The notes below the pieces were generated by a model, which saw only the letters and a program-made list of their open reading frames with translations, ran no database searches and was not told the DNA's origin. A DNA stretch of 63,413 bases, filler included, from Saprolegnia diclina VS20 (taxonomy: Eukaryota), in the NCBI RefSeq assembly GCF_000281045.1. It is 7 parts of 3 records of this genome, joined end to end, with 100 filler letters (N's around TTAATTAATTAA, not from the genome) between each part and the next. Parts side by side here need not be neighbours in the genome. Positions count along the whole stretch, not along the records: positions 17,374 to 38,106 come from NW_008246171.1; positions 38,207 to 43,670 come from NW_008246172.1; 5 more parts are not named here. One strand, written 5' to 3'. This document shows positions 28,571-39,605 of this stretch, one piece after another (position 1 is the stretch's first letter; the number at the start of each line of letters is the position of its first letter). The position numbers and the translations under genes are program-made.

Positions 28571-30624
28571 ATGCGAGGGACCGAGATGCTGGCGGCTCTC
28601 GCCGCACTCGCCGCGATGGCCGACGCGTGCACGGTCATTGGCGTGACGCACGGCGCGTCAACGGACGGCTCGTCGCTCTTGGCCCATACGGACGACGCGG
28701 GCGGCGGCACGGCCGACACGCGCCTCGTCCGGGTGCCTGCCATGGACCACGCGGCCAATGCGACGCGCGACGTGTACAACGTGTATGGCGGCTACCCGCG
28801 CATCACGTCGATGGGTCGCGGACCGCTGTACGAGCCGACGCAGGGCCAGGTGCTCATGAAGCCATTGGGGTCGATTCCGCAGGTGGCCCACACGTACGCG
28901 TACTTTGACCAAGACTATGGCATGATGAACGAAGTGTCGCTGAGCATCGCCGAGAGCACGTGCCCGGCCAAGACGGTCGGGTGGCCGAGCGACGTGCCCT
29001 ACGGCTTCAACATGATGGGCATCGGCGAGCTCACCAAGATTGCGCTCGAGCGCTGCGACAGCGCGCGCTGTGCGATCACGACCATGGGCGACCTCGCGGT
29101 CAAGCATGGCTTTTACAGCGAAGACAGCGGCAATCCCAAGGTATACAAATACGCATCTGAATGGAGATTCATGGAAGTACGTAGGCGCCCATGTACTGCG
29201 ACTCGGCCGAGAGCCTCGGCATCTCGGACAAGTACGGCGAGATGTGGATCTTCCACGTACTCACGGGCCCGAAGAACGCGTCTGCGGTCTGGGCGGCGCA
29301 GCGCGTGCCTGACGGCCACGTGACCGTGCTCGCCAACGCCTTTTCGATCCGGGAGATGGACCTCAACGACACGGCCAACTACCTCGCGTCGCCCAACGTC
29401 ATTTCGTTCGCGACCGAAATGGGCTGGTACAACCCCGCCGACGGTATGCGAGCGCTCTCTACTCAAAGCTAATTGCGTGGTGCAGGCCCGTTTGACTTTA
29501 CGGCCGCCTACAGCTGGGGCGACGTGACCGGGTACGCGGGCTCGCTCTTGCCGCTCTACGCTGGGCGCCGTCTCTGGCGCGTCCTCGACTACGTGGCGCC
29601 GTCGTTGCAGCTCGACGCGACCTTGGGCTGGCAAGCGACCGAGATGACGTACCCGTTTAGCGTCAAGCCCGACCGCCCCGTGAACCTCACGACGGTGTTT
29701 CGGCTCATGCGCGACCATTACGAGGGCACGCCGTACGACATGACGCGTGGTCTCGGCGCCGGTCCCTTTGGCAACCCAATTCGGTACGTGCAACTCAAAT
29801 TGTAGCGAGAATCTCAACTCGCAACTAGCTTTGACGGCCCGCTCTTCAACGTCTCGGGCGGCTGGGAGCGGTCGATCTCCATGTACCGCACCATGTTTGC
29901 GTTCGTGTTGCAGATCCAAGCGCCGTCGACCAACGTCTCGGAGTCGCTCCGGGCGACCGCGTGGTACTGCCAAGACAGTCCGCACGGCTCGGTGTTTGTC
30001 CCGATGTCGCCCACGCAGTCGTCGCTCCCAATCTCGTACACGACGGGCAACCAAAGCGTCTTTAGCACGGACTCGGCGTGGTGGGCCTTCAACTTTGTCA
30101 ACCAGTGGAGCATGCTGCGCTGGAACACGATCAACGGCGAAGTGCTCTCGCATGCGACGCGCCTCGAAGCCGACGGCATCGCGCTCGTGGCTTCGCTCCG
30201 GAGCAACACCTCGCTCTCGACCTCGGATGTCACCGAGAAGCTCAACACGTTCGCTTCGAGCGTCGTCGCGCACTGGTGGGCGCTCGCGTGGCAGCTCGTC
30301 GCCAAGTACAGCTGCGGCTACATCGTCACGGGCGAGGGGCCGGGCAAAATGTCGGCGCCTGGGTACAGCCGCGCGTGGCTCTCGGCCACCGAGTTCAACG
30401 GGTGGCCCGGCGCGTCGTACGCCGACCCGGCGAACGGCAAAACGATCCAGATCTCGACTGGGACCGGCGAAACCATCAGCGCCAAGGACGCGCCGCCCAC
30501 GACCAGCCGCACCAATGTCATCGAAGTCGTCGGCTACATGGTCATGGGCGCCTGCCTCGCGCTGGGCCTCCATGCGCTTCTCACGCAGCAGAAACGACGC
30601 GATGGCTACGACGTGCTGCAGTAG
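28571..30624 (+). CDS. Peptidase family C69 (dipeptidase/secernin-like Ntn hydrolase) with signal peptide and C-terminal TM
   Basis: Signal peptide, then ADA/CTVIGV..ASTDGS.LLAHTDD (N-terminal nucleophile Cys), GMMNE, ELTKIALERC, WAAQRVPD and RDHYEGT. Three short introns. Confidence 0.85.
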
Positions 30625-30900
30625 TTGGCTCTAACTGTTATGTTAACAAATGGTTGCGTAAAATTCAAGCGGTTACCCTACCCCTCGATTGATACAAAGG
30701 GCATGGGCGCGGAGCGACTATTCTAGCTACTCTAATGAGCGATGGCATCTACGCTGACATCGGTGGAGGTACGATACGTGTACAATGTGCGCGGACGTGG
30801 ATTGCACTGCTCACAACCACACGCAAGCAGCTGTGTATGGATGTTGCGCATGGACGTGAGCTATCGAACGCAAGGGCATTGCTCCACTTCGCCATTCATC

Positions 30901-31557
30901 ATGCGGTGCGCAGTCGATATTAGCGCGCCCGCCGTGTCGGTCGCTGTGCTAGACGCGCGGTTCGTGCTCGCGGCCAAGGCGACGTTGAGCTTTGCCGACG
31001 ATGCGCAGGAGCAGAGCCTCGTCTACAGCCGCAAGACTCTCCGCGACGCCGAGGGCAATGAAGTCGCGACCTTGCGCCGCACAACAGGCGTCTGCTCCAC
31101 GTCCGACGAGACCTTTCTCGTCGAGAGCGCGCTCTTGGCCCAGCCCGCAGAGATTGTCAACACGACGGGCTGGAGCTGGTTGACGCTCACGCATACGTGG
31201 CGCCTCGACGACCACGGGTCTGCGCTCAGGATCGCCGGCCGCTTCTACTCATCCAACGCGACCATCTCGGTGCTTCTCCCGACGCGCGAAGTGCTGCAGG
31301 TCGCCACTGCTAGCCGCCGCCTCCAGACCGTGACGCTGGAACGCGGTGTCGACGCGGCCGCAGTGCTCCTCCTCTGCCGGACGTGGTCGCACGCCCAGCG
31401 CGACTTGATGGCGAGCACATTGGTCGCCGTCCCGCTGCCGATCTTCGTGCTCGTCTCGTTCTTTGTTGCGGTTCCGTACCATTGGCCTGTCTTTGCCGGA
31501 ATTCTGGTTCTTGAGATTGCGCTGTCCCTCGTGCTTACGGCTCGCTTCCGTGGGTAA
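30901..31557 (+). CDS. LURP-one/Tubby-C-like protein with two C-terminal TM helices
   Basis: RKTLRDAEGNEVATLRR, LRIAGRF and VTLERGVDAAAVLLLC resemble the LOR/Tub_2 family; hydrophobic C-tail. Start uncertain (the ORF opens at 30742). Confidence 0.5.
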   Translation: MRCAVDISAPAVSVAVLDARFVLAAKATLSFADDAQEQSLVYSRKTLRDAEGNEVATLRRTTGVCSTSDETFLVESALLAQPAEIVNTTGWSWLTLTHTWRLDDHGSALRIAGRFYSSNATISVLLPTREVLQVATASRRLQTVTLERGVDAAAVLLLCRTWSHAQRDLMASTLVAVPLPIFVLVSFFVAVPYHWPVFAGILVLEIALSLVLTARFRG

Positions 31558-31601
31558 CAAACTCAATCGCACGTTTTGATTTTGATGTTCACATTCAACG
31601 C

Positions 31602-32797
31602 CTACTTTGACACGTCGTCGGGTAAGGCCAGCAACTCGTGGTCCTCGGCGCTGTACTTGTCTCGGAGGTAGGCCTGGAAGTGGTGGCGACTCAAAGACGT
31701 GCCAATAACCTCGCCGTACTCGTGCTCCGTGAGCGCAATGTGCCGATCCCACGGCACTGCGCTGCCGTGGACCACGTACGGTCCGTTGTACCACATGAAG
31801 CGAACGCGGCAGCGATCGACGCCCTGTCGCTCCAAGACAAACCTACGACGACTCAGATCTAGATTCTGGACGCCTCGTACCAGAAGCGACGCGGCCGCCA
31901 GATCGCGCTGGTCGGCTGCAGCTCGTCCTGCGCCATGTTGCCGAGCAAGAAGACGATGCGGTCGGCGGTTCGAAACTCGCGGGCCGCATAATACCGCGAG
32001 TCGTCGCCGCTCACGGCGTACCGCCGGTAGACCATGCTCGGGTCGATCGCGGCCGTGATCTAGACGCACGCAAATATACCAAAAATCCAACGTTTAGTTG
32101 GAGCGTACGTCGGTGTCGAGTACTTGAGACGCGTGGGCCATCGCATCGCCTCGGAGGACGCTCCAGATGCGCGGCGCCAACGACGTATACGCAGCCTCCA
32201 GTGCGACGCTGTACTCGACTTGGACGCGGCCAAAGACGTCGACGCAGTCGTTGCCGCAGTCCTGCACGAGCACGTCGGCGAACGACCCGACGCTGGGAAA
32301 CCCGCCCCGCGATAGCATCCGGTCCGTGTTGAAATACATGTGCTGCGTGAACCAGTCGAGGCCAAGGCGCCGCGCGGTCGGATCCATAAGCAGCGTCGTG
32401 CGCGCCCACGCAAAGTCTTGAGCTAGCGACTAGGACGCTGATGATGCGTACATACTAGAGAGGATAAGATCTGTACGGGCACGTTGTTTTGACGCGAGAT
32501 CGAAGCCGCGAGCGACAAGGCACTCCGCACGGTGTCGGTCATGACGCGGTGCTGCCGCCGCAGCTCGTGCAGCGTCGCTTGCGCCTCGGATGCGGCGTCG
32601 CTGAGGCCCGTCGCGGTATCGCGCCACGACAGCATCGTCAGGCGCGGGTGCGTGCGCCATGAGGTGACGAGCTGCGTCATGTGCTCGACCTGGTCCCGAA
32701 GCAGGTCGCGCTCGTTGACGTAGCGCGCCTTGTGGCGCTGCTGCTTGAGGCGGTTGCGCAGTCGCACGTGTTCGAGCCGGCGCAGGTCCTCGGCCAT
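31602..32797 (-). CDS. bZIP-like oomycete protein, multi-exon, paralogue B
   Basis: MAEDLRRLEHVRLRNRLKQQRHKARYVNER, LSWRDTATGL, ARRLGLDWFTQHMYFNTD and the C-terminal VLER...YNGP all match paralogue A. Confidence 0.65.
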
Positions 32798-33287
32798 CGT
32801 CGCCTGCCTGATATGCACCCACGCGTAATCCCCGCCGGAGTATAAAACACGTTTTAAACACATCCAGAGCGCCAGTTGATCTTTGGTGCTCGTTCAAGTG
32901 TCACCAAGCGCCTTGGCCTTTCGAGAGCATGCGCGACTGGACATACTGCACGCGTCGCCCCAAGACTTTGCGTACTTGGCATGCCCGGGATTTGTCTCGG
33001 AAACAAAGGTTCTCAGAGACCAAACTCGCGCTTCTTGTCCTTGAACGACTCATCTTTATAGCGTGGTATCGACTATCAAAATCCTAGTCGCTGCATCTAG
33101 TGTAATGCCGTAGCCCGACTATACTTCTATGACCTTCGAAACAACGCCCACGGCCCCACCTCGACGCAATACTACGCTCCAAACTAAAACATCGCGATAT
33201 CCCATTGGTCGATCTATATTTCGGCGGCTCCGATTGGCTCTTTTGTGAATATCGATGGCAACCCAAAACGTATCTGGTTGCACTGGT

Positions 33288-34751
33288 TTACCACGGCTGA
33301 AAGCGAAGGGTAAGTTCCGTCTCTGGCGTCATGAGCAAATGAATGACCGCCTTGGGGTGGGCCTCTGTTGCGATCCAGCTCACCTCCATCGTCCGCAAGA
33401 GGTGCGAGAGGAGCAAGTACATCTCTGTCTCGGCCAAGCGCCGCCCGACGCAGCTGCGCGCGCCCATCCCGAACGGCAGCGTCGAATACGCGGCGGCTTG
33501 GCGGTTGCTCGCCTTGTTCATCCAGCGCTCGGGCACGAACGCAGTCGGGTTCTCAAACACATTTGGGTCGCGACTCATCGTGTACGTGGCTACGAGCACG
33601 CTTGTGCCCGCCGGGATCTTGTGCCCCAGCAGCGTCAGATCGCTCGTCAGGTAGCGCTGGTTGGGGTTCGCGACTGGGTACAAGCGCAGCGCCTCCTTCA
33701 CGACCGCTCGTACATACGAGACCTTTTCCAGCGCCGCGTCATCAAAGCTGGCGTTGCCACCCAAGGCCGCGTTGGCCTCGTCCCGGATCGTCTCTTGCAT
33801 CGCGCGGCCGTTGGGCGACGACGCGAGGAGGTAGAGCGTCCACAAGAGCGCGTTCGTCGTCGTATCGACGCTCGCCAGGAGCACGTCGACGGCCTGAGCT
33901 ATCGCGTCGCGCTCGTCGAGCTCGGGCCGCGCCAAGAACATACTGAGCAGATCCGGGTCCGTCTCTTCTGTGGACGCCATCTTTTGCCGCATGCGCGTCT
34001 CGCCCAAAGCAAAGATCACGTCCGAGTGCGCTGCAAACGCCTGGTACGACGGCAGAAACCGGTACGCCCAGTGCGGCACGAACGGCGGCACGCGCCCGAG
34101 CACTTGCGTCATGGCCGCGAAGCCGTCGACCGCGCCGATGAACGCTTGCGCCTCGGCGTCGATCGGCGTCAAGTGGTCGCGCGAGACGCAGCCCATGCGC
34201 CGCCCAAAGACGAGCGCGCTCGCGGCCTCGAGCGCATACGCCTGCGTCACACGCGTCATCGGGACGCTATTGTCTGTTACCGCCTGGCTGCGGATGCGCG
34301 CGACAATGTCCTGGGCCACATCGTCGAGCCGGGGGAGCCACGCAGCGACGTTGTGCGCTTGGAGCACGTGCGCGCTGAGGCTGCGACGGAACCGCTTCCA
34401 CTCGGCAAACTCGTTGGTGTTGACCGAGCCGATCGGCCATTGGCGCGCGTCGCGGTGGACCTTCCATGTGGGGTTGACGCGCCGCTGCGGCATCGGGCCT
34501 TTGTGCCAGTAGATTTGCGCGACGGCGGCCGGGTCGGCGATGGTCACCATATATTTTTGCAGCGGAAGGAACCGGATCTTGTAGATCGGGCCGAGCAGCT
34601 TGTGCAGCGTATCGAAGCGCTCGTGGCGGAGGCGGAAGCCATCGTCCTTGGCGAAGAACGCAAAGCTCGACCGCAGCGGCCAGAGGCCACTCTCGGGCGC
34701 GACGGGCAGACTGGGCGGCTGCGCCGCGAGTGTCGACTTGAGGCGGAGCAT
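33288..34751 (-). CDS. Cytochrome P450 with mitochondrial-clan-like features
   Basis: WxxxR (WKRFR), I-helix ASVDTT, ExxR (KEALR), PERW and heme motif PFGMGARSCVG. Intronless, 487 aa, no N-terminal ER anchor. Confidence 0.93.
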   Translation of the reverse strand: MLRLKSTLAAQPPSLPVAPESGLWPLRSSFAFFAKDDGFRLRHERFDTLHKLLGPIYKIRFLPLQKYMVTIADPAAVAQIYWHKGPMPQRRVNPTWKVHRDARQWPIGSVNTNEFAEWKRFRRSLSAHVLQAHNVAAWLPRLDDVAQDIVARIRSQAVTDNSVPMTRVTQAYALEAASALVFGRRMGCVSRDHLTPIDAEAQAFIGAVDGFAAMTQVLGRVPPFVPHWAYRFLPSYQAFAAHSDVIFALGETRMRQKMASTEETDPDLLSMFLARPELDERDAIAQAVDVLLASVDTTTNALLWTLYLLASSPNGRAMQETIRDEANAALGGNASFDDAALEKVSYVRAVVKEALRLYPVANPNQRYLTSDLTLLGHKIPAGTSVLVATYTMSRDPNVFENPTAFVPERWMNKASNRQAAAYSTLPFGMGARSCVGRRLAETEMYLLLSHLLRTMEVSWIATEAHPKAVIHLLMTPETELTLRFQPW

Positions 34752-36106
34752 CGAAAAATGCCGGTGGGTACGAGGCGCGCGGTGTCGCTATTAGTTGAAG
34801 TGGCGCGGGTTGTAGGACATTTCGTGCAGAAAGACTAAAATCTCGTTGTTGATTCGGCACAACCCGTCGCCACTTTGCAATGATTGGTCATGCATATCAT
34901 CATTACCTTTGTGGATTTATCGCAATCGCTATTCCAAACTCGTCGACACATCTACGTAATCAGTTTGAGGTTGCCATAGGTGTTGGAGGGACCACTGGCC
35001 AATGCAGCGTAGTGGTGCAGGAGCCGAAGCATATCAGCTTGGCAAAATCGTATTGTACTTAGATCTACGTTAATGGGCGTTCACCTACGCTGTTCGACGT
35101 GCGGATAAAATTAAATTCTAGTGGATTTTGGATGAAATTCTAGCGGATTCTATTCCTATTGAAATTCTAGCCGCTGGGACCTCGTCACGATCTCCACGCC
35201 CTTCCTTAAAACCCTGCTGCACGGGTCCTGTGGGCGCCGAGCTACTCTTTCGGTCCTGCAGCGCTATGATGCTCGAATAAGTCGACAAGGNNNNNNNNNN
35301 NNNNNNNNNNNNNNNNNNNNNNNNNNNNNNNNNNNNNNNNNNNNNNNNNNNNNNNNNNNNNNNNNNNNNNNNNNNNNNNNNNNNNNNNNNNNNNNNNNNN
35401 NNNNNNNNNNNNNNNNNNNNNNNNNNNNNNNNNNNNNNNNNNNNNNNNNNNNNNNNNNNNNNNNNNNNNNNNNNNNNNNNNNNNNNNNNNNNNNNNNNNN
35501 NNNNNNNNNNNNNNNNNNNNNNNNNNNNNNNNNNNNNNNNNNNNNNNNNNNNNNNNNNNNNNNNNNNNNNNNNNNNNNNNNNNNNNNNNNNNNNNNNNNN
35601 NNNNNNNNNNNNNNNNNNNNNNNNNNNNNNNNNNNNNNNNNNNNNNNNNNNNNNNNNNNNNNNNNNNNNNNNNNNNNNNNNNNNNNNNNNNNNNNNNNNN
35701 NNNNNNNNNNNNNNNNNNNNNNNNNNNNNNNNNNNNNNNNNNNNNNNNNNNNNNNNNNNNNNNNNNNNNNNNNNNNNNNNNNNNNNNNNNNNNNNNNNNN
35801 NNNNNNNNNNNNNNNNNNNNNNNNNNNNNNNNNNNNNNNNNNNNNNNNNNNNNNNNNNNNNNNNNNNNNNNNNNNNNNNNNNNNNNNNNNNNNNNNNNNN
35901 NNNNNNNNNNNNNNNNNNNNNNNNNNNNNNNNNNNNNNNNNNNNNNNNNNNNNNNNNNNNNNNNNNNNNNNNNNNNNNNNNNNNNNNNNNNNNNNNNNNN
36001 NNNNNNNNNNNNNNNNNNNNNNNNNNNNNNNNNNNNNNNNNNNNNNNNNNNNNNNNNNNNNNNNNNNNNNNNNNNNNNNNNNNNNNNNNNNNNNNNNNNN
36101 NNNNNC

Positions 36107-37139
36107 CAAAGTACAAGGCGAACGTGGCCTTGAGCTCCTCGACGTACGCGCGGTTCTCCATCCACGACTGGAACGCGAGCGAGTTGGCGCGCAGAATGTC
36201 CCAGGGCTGCACACCAGCAGGCGACGGCACGTCCGTGCGCGACGAGAAGCCGGCCATGAGGGTCGACTGGACCTCTTTCGAGACGACCCAGTTGACAAAG
36301 AGCTTGGCGGCCGCGGGGTGCGGCGCCTTGTTGAGAATTGCGATGCGCTGGCCCCACGCGAGGTAGTCGGACGTCGCGTTGGGTCCGGCAATGACCTTGG
36401 TCGTGTTGGTGTACGACGGGCCGCCCGCGACACCGATCGCTTTGGTCTGCGCCGTGACGGCGACGCCGGCCATGTGCGAGCCGCGCTGGAAGAAGATCTG
36501 CTGCGCCGCCATCTTCTTGACCCAGTCCCAGCCGTACGCCTTGACGTAGCGGTCGTACACGAAGAGAGCCGCGTCATCGTCGTGCGGGTAGGACGACGCA
36601 ATGAGACCCGCGTACTTGGGGTCCGCGAGGTCTTTGGCGGTCGCTGGCGGCGCGAGGCCCTTGGCCTGCAACAACGCCTCGTCGTAAAAGTAGCTGAACG
36701 AGTAGACGCCGTGCGAGAGCCACGCGCCGTCGGGGTCCGTGAAGCCCTTGTAGACGCTGCTGAAACCCTTGGGCTTGTACGAGAGGAGCTTGCCTTCCTT
36801 CTTCCAGCGCGGGTAGTCCTGAAGAGTTTGGAGCGCGACAACGTCCGCGACGAGCGAGTTGGTCGCGAGCTGGTTGTCGATGCGCGCGTTGTGGTACTTG
36901 CTATAGTCGACGACCATGGTGAGGTTGACCTTCGGGAACGCGGCGCGGAAGGCGTCGGCGACAAAGGCTTGCTGTGCGGCAAAGTCGCCGCCGTGGTACA
37001 CGACGAGGTTGCCGCCTTCCGTGACGGCGTCCTTGTAGAGCTGCGCCACGGACTTGGTTTCCTCCGAGACGGCGCACGGGGACGGCGCGGCGACGACAAG
37101 CATCACCGGAAGCGAGGCGAGGAGGCGGAAGAGCTGCAT
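36107..37139 (-). CDS. Secreted periplasmic-binding-protein type II (bacterial ABC Fe3+/thiamine/polyamine-type SBP), 3' end in gap
   Basis: Signal peptide, then LYKDAVTEGGNLVVYHGGD, DVVALQTLQD, DLADPKYAG and AILNKAPHPAAAKLFVNW..SKEVQ. Confidence 0.8.
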
Positions 37140-37526
37140 GCGATGCGTGGGAGAAGAATCCAAAGTGAAAATGACAAACGAGATTAAAGACATCAACAGA
37201 CAACTGCAGTAGAGGTGGCATTTTCCGGAGGTTGCTTCCGAGTCCTTCGCAGCAGTCTCCACTGAGATTGCCCTATCTCGGAGGAGGTAAGTCGATCGTT
37301 TGTCTCTCGGAAGTAAGCTCCGCAAAAACCAACGAAGTCCGATGGGCATCTGGTTCCATCAAATCGGATGATGGCCCTTGTAGCGAGCCAACAACTGGCT
37401 CGCGTTACAAACCCTTGCTCTGATGCTTCCCATCACAAATACATTGTAGAAACAGACAAATCTTAGAAGCCAAAGAGTTGACTTTATACGTTAACGAAAC
37501 GTCCAAACAGCACATGTGTCGACTTA

Positions 37527-38000
37527 TTACATCATCGCAACAGCGGCGGCCGTGAGCGCGAGCGCCGTCGCACCGGTCACGGTCGCGGCCGAGCTGGGCT
37601 TCGTCGTCGGGGCCGTCGTGGTCTTGGCGGCGGCAAGGACCTTGTTGATGCCAGCGGTGAAGTCATCAAAGGTCATGGCGCCAAAGGTCGCCGTTGTCAA
37701 CTCAGCGCCCTTGGCGAGGTTGCACGGCGGGTTGATCTTCTTGAGCACGCCCGCGAGCTCGTTGAAGTACGTCTTGCACTCGGACGACTTCATGAACGCC
37801 TCAAGAGTCGCCATGTCAGCGGGCTGCCACGACGGGTCGATCTTGGCAACGTCGATGTTGAGGGACTTAGCGCACGGCGGAAGAGGACCCGTGGCATTGG
37901 CCAAGAGGGCGCTGACACCCGCAAGGTTCTCCACCGTGCAGTCGGGGACCGTGGCCGAAGCGGCGACGGCGAGCGAGGCGAGGATGGCAAAGGTCTTCAT
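37527..38000 (-). CDS. Elicitin-like secreted protein, probably GPI-anchored
   Basis: 157 aa: signal peptide, small helical domain with 4 Cys (including SSECK and INPPC), Thr/Pro stalk, hydrophobic C-terminal GPI-type signal. Confidence 0.6.
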   Translation of the reverse strand: MKTFAILASLAVAASATVPDCTVENLAGVSALLANATGPLPPCAKSLNIDVAKIDPSWQPADMATLEAFMKSSECKTYFNELAGVLKKINPPCNLAKGAELTTATFGAMTFDDFTAGINKVLAAAKTTTAPTTKPSSAATVTGATALALTAAAVAMM

Positions 38001-38011
38001 CGTGTGGTGGT

Positions 38012-38027
38012 AAGTTGTAGAATGAGC
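38012..38027 (-). promoter_or_regulatory. Oomycete Inr/FPR core promoter of the elicitin-like gene
   Basis: Minus strand reads GCTCATTCTACAACTT 11 nt upstream of ATG 38000. Confidence 0.6.
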
Positions 38028-38228
38028 GCATTGAACGCCGTAGCTAGCCCTTCCCGTGCAGCTGCAGTGCAACTATAGCACGTTATCCAATTGACAACTA
38101 ACGTGGNNNNNNNNNNNNNNNNNNNNNNNNNNNNNNNNNNNNNNNNNNNNTTAATTAATTAANNNNNNNNNNNNNNNNNNNNNNNNNNNNNNNNNNNNNN
38201 NNNNNNGCGGGACCCAGGGATCGAACGA

Positions 38229-39605
38229 AGCATGAGCCGAGCGGTATGATTCCCAGGCCTCTACAAACGTGGATTTTTCACCCTCTGATCCACGCCTGTC
38301 CACGATTAAGCCAAAATGGCTTCCACGTTTTTTTACACTTGATTAAAGTATGCAAAGGTGCTCGGCGAGTTCAATTTCACCCGCGCGGGGTAATTAATTT
38401 CGCTATTTTCAAATCCGACCAATCCACGTTGTCTCTCCATATTTAAAGCAAGTCGATTTGGGTTTGCGGCAATTTGAGTTTTTATTATTTTTCATTGGCA
38501 AACAACACGGCGAGTGGCTCAGCGACGACACCGTCGAAGGGCGCGAGGTCGGCTTCCTCACACCGCCGCCCTGGGAAATCCGCGCGCGCGCTCTGGTACA
38601 CGTCTGGTACACGTAGCACGTCCAGCGGGTGGTTCAGAGCCTCGCATATCTTGCGCTACTGAGCGTCGCGATCCTTCTCGTCGCCAACGTCGTCGCCGCC
38701 GTGCTAGCGCTACTACTACTCGCTCTGGTACACTCACAACGTTGTAGCAAGTCCAGCGGATGGGTCAGCGCCTTGCGTATCTGGCGCTACTAAGCGCGCG
38801 ATGCACCCCGTCGCCAACGTCGTCGCCACCGTAGTGTCACTACAACAACCTCTCGGTGGCTCGACTGGATGCTGTCGAAGCCGCCTGGGGCGTCGATAAG
38901 CGGCCATGCCTTTCCCAAGTTACGTCCCGCACTCGATACCTCGCAGCATAGTCGGCGCTCGCAGAACTTATCGTACTCATGAGCGGCGCGCGCTCTTGCG
39001 CTACCGCGTATGTCGGTGCTGGAGCTCAAAGGACGATCTGGCGCTTCCTCTGCGGCTCCATTGGCTTATAGATGAGAGGAGCACACTTAGCCTTAAGGCC
39101 TTGCGGGCAGGCTCTTGCGGGCGCAGGATTCCGAAGCGACAGTACGCCCAAGCCTCCAGCACCCTGAAGGGCGGTCGCATGAGCACTGGTCGGCCGTCCA
39201 GCCATACATTTTTCAAGTTGTCAAGCTCGATTACGTAATCCCTTGCTGCCAACCCTGCTGCCAACCCAGCTATACATTTTTCAAGTCGTCCGATCGATTA
39301 CGTAATCTATTCACGGTTTTATCTTGCATTTTGTATTTGTAAAAAATCCACGCTGGAGCCATGGTGGAGCCACAAATAGAGCCATATTTCTCGAAAATAT
39401 GGCAGCAAAAAAAAAATCCACGTTTGTAGAGGCCTGATGATTCCTGCCTCTGCCTCCCGAGGTCGCCGGTTCGAAACCCGACGCGCCGATTTTTCTATCC
39501 GGATGCCCCCCCATCCGGACACGAATGTCACTGAAGATGGTCACCATAAAAAGAGGCCACGCTTGGCAAAGTGCCACAAGGAACACAAGAAAGAAGCAAG
39601 AAGAT
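38229..39605 (+). mobile_element. tRNA-derived SINE-like repeat, copy 1, interrupted by a hAT element
   Basis: Removing 38254-39436 and one TSD restores TGAGCCGAGCGGT (A box) ... GGTTCGAAAC (B box) and a sequence matching the reverse complement of 43771-43942. Confidence 0.65.
38254..39436. mobile_element. Non-autonomous hAT DNA transposon (1183 bp)
   Basis: Perfect 25-bp TIRs CAGGCCTCTACAAACGTGGATTTTT, perfect 8-bp TSD ATGATTCC (38246-38253 and 39437-39444), subterminal TCCACG repeats, internal ~130-bp tandem duplication, no transposase. Confidence 0.9.

Noticed and set aside
35118..37349. 743-aa and other ORFs running through N gaps
   Set aside because: Lengths are artefacts of translating N as X.
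33288..38000. P450 + solute-binding protein + elicitin-like gene as a biosynthetic or sterol gene cluster
   Set aside because: Only adjacency supports it: no core synthase and no evidence of co-regulation.
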